A stretch of DNA of 63,140 nucleotides, counting the filler, from Pelomyxa schiedti (Eukaryota > Protista > Evosea), in NCBI GenBank assembly GCA_020536535.1. It is 5 parts of 5 records of this genome, joined end to end, with 100 filler letters (N's around TTAATTAATTAA, not from the genome) between each part and the next. Parts side by side here need not be neighbours in the genome. Positions count along the whole stretch, not along the records: positions 1 to 1,410 come from JAHLWZ010002527.1; positions 1,511 to 21,088 come from JAHLWZ010000667.1; 3 more parts are not named here. One strand, written 5' to 3'. Below, in pieces: positions 1 to 10,871 of this stretch. Position numbers and translations under genes: made by a program. The notes below the pieces were generated by a model, which worked only from the letters and a program-made list of their open reading frames with translations, did not search any database and had not been told where the DNA came from. Within the stretch, counting starts at the first letter, position 1; every line of letters begins with the position of its first letter.

Positions 1-573
1 AAGAGGGAAACTGGCAATAAGTGGGAGTGCATACATCTCAAGCACATGAAACACCGGCATAGTGAACCCAAACCATCGATTTTTTTGTTTTTTTCCTTTT
101 TCCTCCCCCAATACCAACCGCGAACAAACAACCCCTCCCAAGTGTAAAAACTCCTGCCAGCTCCAGTTTTTTGTCCGTGGTTTTTCAAAATTTGGGCCTT
201 CATGCCTGACGAAATGAAGGCCTCATTCTCATCACATTTGCACACCGGTGTAGGCTGCTTCCTGCAGGAAGTTTTACCCACTTGCAGGAAATTCCGGCCC
301 CAAAAGCACACCAGTGTAACGCAACTACAACAACTCTTACAGTTGTACGTCTTAATGCGCAAACAACCAGTTTCCACAGGCTGAGTGACGGTTACAGTAA
401 ACATCTCTAAAACGACTTCGATCATCAGGGCACCAGTCGTTACTTCCGATCTGTGTAGTACGCTGACAAGGGACGACGCTACCAGGACTTAGCTCTGTTT
501 TTCGGAAATCATCGGCGGTTTGCGGCACCAATCTGCGATTTCGTGGCCGCTGCAAAAAGCAGGGATGCATCCC

Positions 574-1242
574 ATATTAGAGTAGCCACTTAAAAACCGA
601 GACACAAAACAAAAACCCGAGTCACAAAACTAAAACCCGAGTCGGAAAAAAAAAACCGAGTCGGAATATTTAACCCAAGTATCCTCGGTTTCCGGTAATA
701 CCGGACTGTCCATCACAAAATTTGGCAGCATCAAATAACAACAGACCAGAACAGAATTATTTTTTCTTGTTATGTTCTCAACGTTTAATTAATTAAACGT
801 TCCGTCGACAAACGCGACGGTCTGGTGTTTATTTCTTTATGGCATTTGTTTCTGATCAATAAACAAAAAAGCCTTTTCTCCACTGTCTTACTGACTTAAC
901 CGTCGGCAGTCGGTTGTTTTAAATATTGAAAATGCCTCGGTTCAAACGAAAAAGAAAAAAGAAACGGTGAGAGGGTACGAGAACGCTCAGGAGACACCTC
1001 TTATCTCCGACTTGGGGTCGCTGCCGGCGGTGTGTTACTGCTAAAAAGAAAAAGAGTGAGAGACGACGAAAAGAAGGCTGGGGGAATTAAAAATTTTTAT
1101 ATTAAAATTAAATTTACAGGAAATCTGTTGATACCGACTTGGGTTGAAAATTCCGACTTGGGTTTTTGTTTTCCGTCTCGAGTTTAAAATTCCGACTTGC
1201 ATTTATTTTTCCGACTTGGGTTTTAAGGGGCTACTCTAATAT
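574..1242. mobile_element. Non-autonomous DNA transposon (MITE-like), ~670 bp
   Basis: Left end ATATTAGAGTAGCCACTTAAAA (574-) matches the reverse complement of the right end TTTTAAGGGGCTACTCTAATAT (-1242): 14 nt perfect, then 7 more after one mismatch. Subterminal motifs AAAACCCGAGTC(GG) on the left and inverted CCGACTTGGGTT on the right. No transposase ORF. Confidence 0.75.
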
Positions 1243-1410
1243 CCAATGGGTACCCTCACAGTCTCAAACAACTAACCTACTCTTGGGATGCACCCTAAGC
1301 GCTGACCCTCCAGAGATTGGAGGTTCTCAGAAATCTGCTCTTTTTTTCCCTTTGAAAAAAATCCCTTCAAGAGGGTGGGTGTTGGTAGGTTTTCTATTCG
1401 GGGCTAAGAC

Positions 1411-1510
1411 NNNNNNNNNNNNNNNNNNNNNNNNNNNNNNNNNNNNNNNNNNNNTTAATTAATTAANNNNNNNNNNNNNNNNNNNNNNNNNNNNNNNNNN
1501 NNNNNNNNNN
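1411..1510. other. Artificial scaffold linker (N44-TTAATTAATTAA-N44)
   Basis: Six-frame stop linker inside N runs; the same linker recurs at 21089-21188, 47320-47419 and 60281-60380. Confidence 0.95.
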
Positions 1511-2029
1511 CGGTGTGGGACACGCCGGCTGGGGACGCTTGCTTGTGATTGTGGAGACAGAGGGCGGCGGGTGCTGCGGAGCGTACGGCGGGGCGTGGCC
1601 GAGAATGCCGGCGGTCGACATTATGGGACTCCACCCTCTTGCTTGTGTTGCTTGTGGTTGTTGGCGTTGTGTTGCTTCGGCAGCAAATAAAACAGCGATT
1701 TAGGAGAATTCAGGTGGGTGATGAGCCGTTGTCATTTTATTGGGGGTTACGACCAAATCGCTGGTGATAAAGGTTTCTTCTCAATTCCGAGGAAAACTAC
1801 CACGAATCTGTTGGTACCCTGAGGGAGATTCAGGCGACACCTAGAACTGATTCTAGCGCCTTTCTCAGGCGGGAACAACACCATCGTAGTTATTCTAAGC
1901 AAAAGCTAAAGTAATAAACAATAAACTCTTGTGTTTGTCTTTGGGCTTCTTTCTCCCTTACTACACAAGCAAAACAACAACCATCAACACCCCAGCACAC
2001 CTCACAGTGTGGTGGTAACTATCCAAACC

Positions 2030-2300
2030 CAAGTGAAACACAGTCACCCCACAAAGCCATTCTGTGATATCTCTTAAGGGAGCTAAAGGGACACTCAGGG
2101 GGGACCCTGAGGAAGATCTGTTAGACCACAATAGATATGACGTCACCATCACCCCAAGCCTTAGGACCCTTAGAATAAAGTAGTTTACAAAGAAAATAGA
2201 ACCTCTAAGTCCACTATCGCACGTTTTTAAGCTAGATAACAATTCCCATCTCTTCACAGTGAGGCACTCCTGGAATCCACATTTGGGACTCACACTTTTT
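2030..2300 (-). pseudogene. Decayed fragment of the PPP pseudophosphatase gene at 6110-8545, interrupted by a ~179-bp insertion
   Basis: AGTGAAACACAGTCACCCCACAAAGCCATTC (~2032-2062) and ATTCCCATCTCTTCAC...CTCCTGGAATCCACATT (2242-2283) match sequence that is contiguous at ~6888-6965; frameshifts and a stop codon are present. Confidence 0.6.
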
Positions 2301-3331
2301 CATTTTTTGGGTCTTTGGATCTTGCCATGTGATGCTCCTCACACACTGGAAAGACCACAAAACTGTAGAACGTGTCTGGTCCCGATGTGGTCCAGACATT
2401 GTGAAAGTGATGACTTCCCAAAAAAGGGAATTGCGGTGTCGGCACAGAGAAACCCTCAGAAGTCGGACAACTTCCAGGAATTCCATGGCACCTGACGCTG
2501 TGCATCGCATCCACAGAATACTCAGAATTCATGGGACTCTGGGCTTATAAGCAACACCGCTTTCACTCACCTCCGAACAAGTAAAATAATAAATATATTC
2601 TTCTTTCCTTTCAAACTTTAAGTCCACTACAACAACGAGTGCAGCAGTCACTCCCCGTGAGGACGTGCCACTCACATCTGGAGGTGCAGTTTCTGACAGA
2701 CCTGAATCACAGTCTGGTGACACAGCTGAAGAACATCAGCTGAAGAACACCACCACCAACCCCATTGGCAAATAACCAATCTGGGTATTGGCTCTTTCCA
2801 GCCCGTCACACTCCACTCCCAAATACTCCACTGTGTTATTTGGGTGGTATAAAAGTTACAAACGCCTGTACCTCCCTCATTGGTTTTCTCAGCCACAAGT
2901 GACCCTCGACGTCCCTGCTCGCGCCAACAGTCCTACCCACGGTGTGACACATCGTATGGACGCACATCTGGGCACGGAGGCCCTGTGGTTCCGATGTTTG
3001 GGCCCAAAGGAAAAAAAATACTTTGATTGTCAGTCGAACAACCTTCAAGCCGCTTAGCCCGCAGCACACCTCCTCCTTGTGTGCTCGTTGTTTTATTCCC
3101 AGCCAGTGGCTCTGCCAGCTTGTCTTGATGTGTTGTGCTTGTTGATGTGCCCCCTCAGTGGTAGTTCGCTCTATCCCCTCAGTGGTCTATTTTTAGGTTT
3201 GTCAGAATTCGGCCGATCAATTGAGTTGTCTCTCGGTCGTGTGTGGTGTTGTCAGATGACATGCCTCCTAGCGTGATCAGACCACGACATTTCTATATCA
3301 TATCAGAACTTGTTCTGATCTGTTACTAAAA

Positions 3332-4675
3332 ATGAACGACGTTACGTTGGCGCGATTCAGTGATGGGACGCAACCACCGGCACGAGTCGACGGAGGAGCC
3401 TCCTCGATGACAGTGACATCGGCGAGGGCCGTGGCCACGTGCCGCGACCAGTTCGCCGGCCTGCTGGCCTCGTCCCACCCCCGCTGCGGGGCGCTGAGCC
3501 CCGCCCGCGCCGTGGCCGCCAACTCCCCGCTGATGCACTCGTGGTGGCGCGCGTGGGTCCTGGGCCCCGCCCGCCCCTTCGTCCTCGCCCTGGAGCCGTG
3601 CCCCCAGGACACACCGGGCGACGCGGGCGAGGAGGGCGAGGAGGGCGACTGGCCGGGCCCCAGCTCGCTCACCGTGTGGTTCCGCGTGTCGCCCGCCACG
3701 CTGGGGGTGTTCGGCGGGCTCCGCGAGATGGCACGGCCCGGCGACGGCGACGCGGACAGCCGCTGGGTGGCTCCCGATGCGTGCGTGTCGGAGGGGTCCG
3801 AGGGCGGCCGCAGCTCCATGGACGTGCTCAGGCCACCGTCGATGGCGAGGGTGGCGTGCGTGGCCGACAACCTGGGAAAGTTCATGTACGACGTTAACGC
3901 AAAGTGGCTTGTCATGCTCGAGTTCCCTCATTGTGGGAACGGGGAGTGGCTCACTGTCAAAAGCATGGAGCCCAGTCGTGGTGCTGGTGGTTGTGGTGAT
4001 TTTTGTGGTGCTGAGGCTTATGCAGGTGTCAGTGTTCCGTATTCTCTGAGGCCAACTGAGGGTTACCACGATTACATGATTATGAACCCGGCGAATCCTG
4101 ATGAGGCCTTGATCATGACCCTGGAGGCAGCAAATAGAGTCAGCTTCGTGTTGGTGGATGTTGCCCAGACCCACGCCACGCACAGGCTTGTGGTCCTGTG
4201 CTCGACTCGCTGCTCACTTCCTCCGCAGGTGACACACATTGCCCCAATCACAAGGAAGAGAAATGGCGATGTGGTGTTCGTTGTCACTTCGCGCAGCATC
4301 ACTCCGCCTTCCTCTCCTGTCTTCTGGATTGAAGCATCCACTGGTGCCTCAACCATGATGACACCAGAGTGCACTTCCATCGCTCAGGTGAGTTCGTCAC
4401 TGTTCTCGTTGTGGTTCCGCGACCCAGCCTCCAGTTCGCGTGTGGAATTGTGGGACTGCAATGATGCTGCTAAGCCACTGAGGGTTGTGGACTGCACAGG
4501 CCTCAGCATCAACAGATCAAATCAGCTTCCACAGGTTGTTGGAGGCAGTGGGTTCCTGATTATGTTGAGTGGAAACAAGGTTACCATGATGGAGGCACTC
4601 TCAGGTGTCATTGTGCTCACCATTGAGACCTCTCGTGACATTGAGTGGATCAACACTGGCTCCTCTTTGTTGTGA
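3332..4675 (+). CDS. Hypothetical protein of the expanded RCGxxSP family (long form, 447 aa, single exon)
   Basis: Long ORF with N-terminal CRDQFAGLLASSHPRCGALSPARAV, then WWRAWVLGPARPFVL, FRVSPATLGV, VNAKWLV, and C-terminal VELWDCN and GGSGF motifs shared with the genes at 10872 and 48444. Confidence 0.8.
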   Translation: MNDVTLARFSDGTQPPARVDGGASSMTVTSARAVATCRDQFAGLLASSHPRCGALSPARAVAANSPLMHSWWRAWVLGPARPFVLALEPCPQDTPGDAGEEGEEGDWPGPSSLTVWFRVSPATLGVFGGLREMARPGDGDADSRWVAPDACVSEGSEGGRSSMDVLRPPSMARVACVADNLGKFMYDVNAKWLVMLEFPHCGNGEWLTVKSMEPSRGAGGCGDFCGAEAYAGVSVPYSLRPTEGYHDYMIMNPANPDEALIMTLEAANRVSFVLVDVAQTHATHRLVVLCSTRCSLPPQVTHIAPITRKRNGDVVFVVTSRSITPPSSPVFWIEASTGASTMMTPECTSIAQVSSSLFSLWFRDPASSSRVELWDCNDAAKPLRVVDCTGLSINRSNQLPQVVGGSGFLIMLSGNKVTMMEALSGVIVLTIETSRDIEWINTGSSLL

Positions 4676-6109
4676 TCGGCCTTCAGATGTGCTGTTATTC
4701 CAAAATCACCCAAAATTTTTTTTCACGTGATAAAACCCGGAAAAACAAAACCCATAAGTTCGAGCGGGGAGGGTACAAAAAGCGCTGGGCATGGCACAAA
4801 TAAACCCTCGCCTGTTTTTTTGTTTTTTTGCGGGTGCGAAGCAACCAGACGCTACCCGGCGTTACCCGTTGCTACCCGCGTGCTTCGGCTAGCATGGCTA
4901 GCGTGGTGGCTTCGTTTTGTTTTTTTATCTTTCCACATTTTTCCTGGTCACACCCTGTGACAACCTAATTGGTGCCATGTGCTGAGGTGATGGTGACTAA
5001 TTGTGGGTCCTTTTAAGGCCACAGACCGAACATAATAAAAGAGAATTCTCCACACGCCTCTTCACGACCTCCGCACATGCCACAAGGAAAAAAACGGTCA
5101 GAGAAAAAAAGTTGCCCACTCCTCTGGAGGGTGAAGTCTTTTAAATTAAAAAGAAAAAGTGATTGATTGAACGTTCCTTTTATTTTTTTTAACAACAATA
5201 AGAATGTTGCGTGTGATGAGGAGGCCCGTCGTGGCGGGATCTGCGGGGAGTGGGATCTGGCAGCGCGAGAGATCTAAGGTGGCACAGCAACCGCGGCGCG
5301 ACGGTTCCGAGGTCTCTAAGTTGTCTGTGCCTTACACGGTGTTTTTTGTATTGACGTTTACTTGTTGGTTGTTGTTGTGCACTCATTTTTGGCAATGCAT
5401 ACATACGCGAGAGCACTTTTCAATTGTGTGCGTTTATACAACATAAGATCGAATGGCAAGTTTGACAATATAGTAGGTAGGTATTTGATTCCCGCAGTAT
5501 GTGACCTTGGGCTCCAGGTGTGTGTGATATCTTGCGATGCGGCGCGGCAGCACATCATTATAGCCTCTGTGTCCTACAAATGTAGAAATACATAGAGTCA
5601 GACTTCTCCTCCCCTCTCGCATCTCCCATAAACCTAGGGCTACTAGGGCTCCGCCACAGCCGCAACACGAGCCATCCACAATCCCCACGACACCGGCAAT
5701 TTTTATATCCAGGGCTCAACGTGCTTTTACTCCAGTATTTTCGGAACTGCAGTGTGCAATTTTTCCTCTAAATGTATCCTAACTGCTCTCCAGTATTAAT
5801 GGGAAATATGATTGGAGGGTTCACACCAATCGTAAGCTACATAAGTACCTTTAGTTCACTGACATGCAACTAGAATTCCATCAAGCATTACATACTTGTA
5901 TAATGCATTACGGTCTCTCTCTCTGCTCTTTCCCAAGCCACGAGGATACGCAAACTGTTTTTCCGATCCATCATGTAACAAGAAATATGCTGGCATGACC
6001 TCAATAAGAGTGGTGAGCTTTCTGCTTGTGGCTGATACCTTTCACATCCCTCTCGATGATTCACTGGTTCCACTAATCAGTAAAAGAATAACACCGATTC
6101 CAAATAACC

Positions 6110-8545
6110 TCAAAAATAGGTTGTGCAGCCGGGACTTGAAGGTTGATCTTGACCTTGCAGGGTGGCAGATGATACTGAGGCACTATGGTGGAAATGCATT
6201 ATCACCACTCTACAACACCTTTCTTCTCCCTTTTGTAGAGGGAAACCAAAAAAGCTATTGAGTATTGTATTATGTGGTGCAGTTGTTGATTGTGCCACAA
6301 TCATGTTAGGTGTGTTCCTGGTGGGTTTCAGCTGATGTGTGAGGATGTTCGTGCAACACAGAGGTGGATAGACACAAACGAGGGAGAGGAACGAGGCCGT
6401 GGTGGTGCGCAATGAACTCGTTCCTGTAAAAGCACGGCAGGGGGCACAGTTCCGTTGCTTACGAGAACACTGTGAGAACCCTCCCGTCGTGTGTGATGGA
6501 ATAGCCTCGGTCTGTGCTGTCATGACTCCTGATGATCAGGCTGAACTCGTTCACCTTGACGAACTCGCTCGAGATGTCAGGTCCCCACACCTTTGATTCA
6601 GCCTCATCAGGGTGGTGCCCTTCTGCTCCTGAATGGATGCCATTCTCGTTGGATGGGCGACTCCACAGAAGTTGCTTCAGAATGTCAGTTGCGTCTGTGT
6701 GTTCAGGTGAGTTGTGGTTGCTGAATGAGGGGAAAAACCAGAGCAGTCGTGTCTCTCAGCGTTTTTGATTGCACTCAAAGAGGCGGAAGGGTGAAGAATG
6801 CCACTGTGGGTCACAAACCAGCTTCTCGTCGTTGTTGGATCCGAATCAGGGAATGAAACAACTGATGCCAATGGAAGATGCTTGAACAGTGAAACACAAT
6901 CACCCCACAAAGTCATTCCCATCTCTTCACCAAAAACGGTGTTGAGGAGCTCCTGGAATCCACATTCTTTGCTTGTTCTGGCACACTCATTGTTTCCGCG
7001 GTTCAGGAACACGCATCCAGGGTGTTCCACAAGGAGTTGACACAACGTGTTCAACACATCTATGCTGAAGGCTCCACTCCCAACAAAGTTACCTGTGTGG
7101 ATAACATGGATCCGTGAAAAAAAAGGTACAGCATACCATTGAAGATCCACAAGTTGGTCTCTGAGGGTTCCTTTCCGGCAACCATGGCTCTGGAGGGAAT
7201 GGTGGGGAAAAAGGGTAAGAACCAAAGGGGCACACATACTGTTCGAGGCAGTCCCAGCTTCCATGCAAATCCCCAACGATGTTTATAGAAGCAACATTCC
7301 TTGTTACCACAACTTCGTTCAGCAAGGATCTCTTCTTGAGGAGCTCGGTGGCTTCTGTGATCCACTGTATGTGGTGTCTGAAAAGAAGCTGAAGGGAATT
7401 CCAGAGCTCACTCTCAACTACACACATGCATGGTGATTAAAGATAAAAATGGCAGGGAGACACACGGGGGTGCATCTTCAGTTCTGGAGTAAGGACTCTC
7501 TTCTTATTTGGAACTTGTGCCAATCAAATCAAAAATCCAAAGTGATAAGTAGGCTTACCTGTGCCTCGTTTAACATCTGGCACACTACTGGGAGGTACCT
7601 GTGCTGGTCTCTTTTTCCCGGCAACTGAAAGAAGAATTAGCACGAAAGAAAGATGCAGGTAATGGATATGTGGTGATGCACGTTTATCATCGGTGTCTTC
7701 ACAATGAGTCCCTAAGTGTTGGGGTGCATCGGTAGGAAGTGTGCAACAAACCTCGGGTGGTTGAAGAGGAGACTCTGAAACACTCTGAGATGATGGTAAA
7801 CGGAGTAGAAGAATTACCTGTGACTTCAGGATAGACTGAAATTAAAGAAGAGGAAATGACGGGGGATGCAGGAATTGTAAGTATCGTCTTGCTCTTATTC
7901 TCAAACCACTGAGTTAATACAGGGGGCTCCATTTGGGACTGGAATTGGATATACCAGTGACCAAAATGCTTTCGGCAGGCCTTCCTGGAAGCATTGGATT
8001 AGATGAAGAACAACAAAAAAAGGAAGGAATACATCGGGAATCTACAATGGGACCAGTGCATTGCAATATGATCCCTCTTGGCGTTGATTGGTACTTGAAG
8101 AATTCTATAAGTGTTTGGCATTGTTGTGAAGAGCACAGGTTGTGGCCTAGTATTGCCCTTCTTCTTCCAAAAGAATTCAGGGGCAGGTGTCATCAACCGA
8201 ATGGGTTTGTTCTGGAAAACCAGAGTCTGTTTGAATGCGGCGTTTTGGGCTTGTTCAGCCTCTTCTTGTGTGCGGAAAGTAACGTAGGTATCCGCGCCGT
8301 CCACAGTAGTCACTCTTGTGCTGTTTGTTTTCAAAATGAAGTCAAAACACACAATTGAAAAGTTATAGTCTCTGTTGTTTGGGGACAAAACGGGAATGAA
8401 ATTCTGTGAACGAACTGTAACCGTACACGTGAGGATGGAAAAAATCGAAAATCTCCTTTGGGCTCGTTCCTCCCACAATGCCGAAAACGCGCATCGTCCT
8501 CTCAGGCAGCGGCACTGCTCGGGGCACAACGACGTCTGCTGACAT
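6110..8545 (-). CDS. Multi-exon protein: two RRM-like domains + PP5/PPP-family phosphatase domain with degenerate catalytic motifs (3' end uncertain, may extend toward 5434)
   Basis: Spliced by eye: IVGDLHG...PSETNLWIFNGNFVGSGAFSIDVL...FLNRGNNE...VTHSG...LLWSRP...WGPDISSEFVKVNEFSLIIRSHD...GYSITHDGRVLTVFS, colinear with PP5. N-terminal RTMRVFGIVGGTSPKEIFDFF...TYVTFRTQEEAEQA and GHWYIQF are RRM-like. Continuity between the RRM and phosphatase exons is inferred. Confidence 0.7.
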
Positions 8546-9595
8546 TGGCTTCCTTGATCTCTTTGTTTGATTGTTGTTGTTCACAAACAAACCGAGCACC
8601 CCTAACCCTATCGTCTCGACCGAGTTGATTTCCCTGAATTGTGATTAAATGTATTCATATGTGACAGTACTACCCTGCCTTATTTTGTGACTCCAGGAAT
8701 GACAACAAAACCACAATAAACTCAAGATGACAGAGATCTCTGGTGCACGAGCCAGTTGTGCTACATTGATGTTAGACCATGAGAATGGCGACAGCTCGTC
8801 GTTGGATCTTTGGTACTCCCACGTGTCCTTCTTGTGGAATGTCACAGTGTTTGGCAGGTTGGTTGGCGAGTGGAAGGTCAACTTGGAGTGGCGTAACTGG
8901 GGTACACAGTTCCCATTTCTTAACACAAACTCCAACATTCATCTACTGGTATGTATCTACTTACTACATTTCATCGTCACAAACAACAGTCTGAAGATTG
9001 AGAAAGAGACAAGGGATAATCTGCTTGTGTAAGTAAAATAGTCTCATCTTCTGTAAAATGTTTACGTTAGCAGGCTTCATTGGAGTATGAAGCAAGGTCC
9101 CGGTGTAGTTATTCCCTATTTAACAATGAAGGTTTGCATTTTCACATAGACTGCACTTATACCCTCTTAGACTGAAAGTAAATGGGATCATACTTCTACT
9201 ATCTTCTGCAATTATAATGGTAACTTTTCATGTTCCACACTTTTTGAAGTAAACGTACGTTAAAGAGGGATACAGTGGAACCGGCAGGTATCAATCTCTA
9301 TTTAGTGAGTTACCGAGAGTAGATTCTGGGACAATGTGATCTCCATTTTTGCCAGTGGTGAAGACCTGTCGAGGACTGAAGTCTACAGATTTATGGATCA
9401 CAACAGTACCTAACCTCTCTTCTTATTGATTTCTCACTATGTATTAGCTGCCGCTGTTTGTTTCCATGAAGTAAGCACAAAGAGTGCCACTACTTCCTTT
9501 GGTCTTATGGCAAAAATATCTTTGTCATAAGGAGCACTCATTGTCTTAAATATAAACAGTGCACATTCTTGTACTCTTTCCTCATTGGCCGGCAC

Positions 9596-10777
9596 TCAAC
9601 ATATGTTGCAGCCATCCTTGTCTTGCCTGGAGATTGCAGCGCGGACAGCCTGCTCCATGACATCTCTCACGCGCAGGTTCTTCACAGCAGAGCACTCAAC
9701 AACGGCAAATGCTTTGACCTTCAACGCATTCAGTTGGAAAATCGATTTGATTCAGCTGAATCACATACCTTTTTGGCTACCGCGTTGATTTCGTCACTGG
9801 ATATCTCTATGGACTTGGTTGTGTCATCCCTTATTTCACACCCATTGGCTACAAGTATCCTGGCCGCATTATGTACGTGGTGTGTTATTTCTGGATTCCA
9901 TCGAGCTGTTATGTTGTGAAGGGACTTCGGGTCACCAAGTGAAAAGCACATGATGAATACATCAGTCCCTGGGTATGACAATGGCCTCTTCATGTATTTA
10001 CAGAATCATTAGTAACCAAGCATAAGAAATGGTGTTATAAATACTAGTCTGGCATGTTCCTCTTCTCCGGCAGTGTCCCACAGGCCTATTATAAATGGAA
10101 TACCATCAACAATGATGACCCCAGAGTAATTGTCAAAAACCTTGTCAAGAAAACAATTAGAACGAACAGCAAACTGAACCTAAGGCATTTACTGTTGGAA
10201 CATATTCAGTAGGGTAGCCATTTTGCGCATATGTTACCAGCAATGCTGTCTTGTCAGCCACTTTATCTCCAATACAGACTACTTTGAATAACTGAGTTAG
10301 TACCAACACATCACCACCCTTAATTCCTGAGGACTCAACAGTGGCAAATGGTGTCGTTAGAACCTGGATATACTCTTAGTCCACAAATCAAAAAAAAAAA
10401 AGAGAGTTGTGCCTTTGTGTATTCATCTTCGTTTGTAGGATTCTGCTTGAGAAATACTACAGACCCACGTGGGAATACTGTTTTAGAAGTACTAGTGAAC
10501 TTGGATTCTACAGTCTTCTGTACCACTTTGGGGAAAAAAACCAAAGAAAGAAGTAAGTAAGTAAATCCCACAATTATGCACACGCAACGCATAATAGACA
10601 AGCACAGAGAATTCGATTAGGACTACCGTCGGGCGTGTCGCTGGTGTTTAGTGAAACTTCGACAGTGCGCACGAGTCGCACGTGCATGCCACCACGCGAC
10701 TCCGGCGTCATGATCTTGACGGTCACTCCCACAATTGTCGCTTCGACACTCCCTGACGATGCGGTGTCGGTAGCCAT
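9596..10777 (-). CDS. Ubiquitin-like domain fused to a divergent Rho/Rac-family GTPase with C-terminal Cys motif
   Basis: Spliced: KVVCIGDKVADKTALLVTYAQNGYPTEYVPT VFDNY...GLWDTAGEEEHAR RPLSYPGTDVFIMCFS...WNPEITHH...ECSA...GCNIC*. N-terminal VEVSLNTSDTPD...VQKTVESK...TVESSGIKGGDVLVL resembles a Ubl fold. Confidence 0.75.
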
Positions 10778-10871
10778 TGAGGTTCAACGGGTATTCTTTC
10801 TTTTTTCTTGGGAATCCCGATCAAACTTTTTGGGAGTTTCGCCGAAGCACGAAAACACTTGTGCCTCTTTG

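Noticed and set aside
1411-1510. TTAATTAATTAA motif inside N runs, four occurrences
   Set aside because: Artificial six-frame-stop linker used to join scaffolds; adjacency across these points has no biological meaning.
3298-4183. Long antisense ORFs (3326-4183, 3298-3915; also 27015-27983, 27319-28041, 44293-45093, 62053-62784)
   Set aside because: Shadow frames of GC-rich or low-complexity coding sequence on the other strand or frame; no independent motifs.
4840-4900. Three short CTACCCG/TTACCCG repeats in intergenic DNA
   Set aside because: Too short and too few to separate from chance; no terminal repeats or further copies established.
5189-5700. Short ORFs on both strands around 5200-5700
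   Set aside because: No recognisable motifs; they may be 3' exons of the pseudophosphatase gene or a small gene, and cannot be resolved without transcripts.
8645-9520. Possible spliced minus-strand gene between the RRM-phosphatase and Ubl-Rho genes
   Set aside because: Several splice-like signals, but I could not build a consistent frame or recognise a domain.
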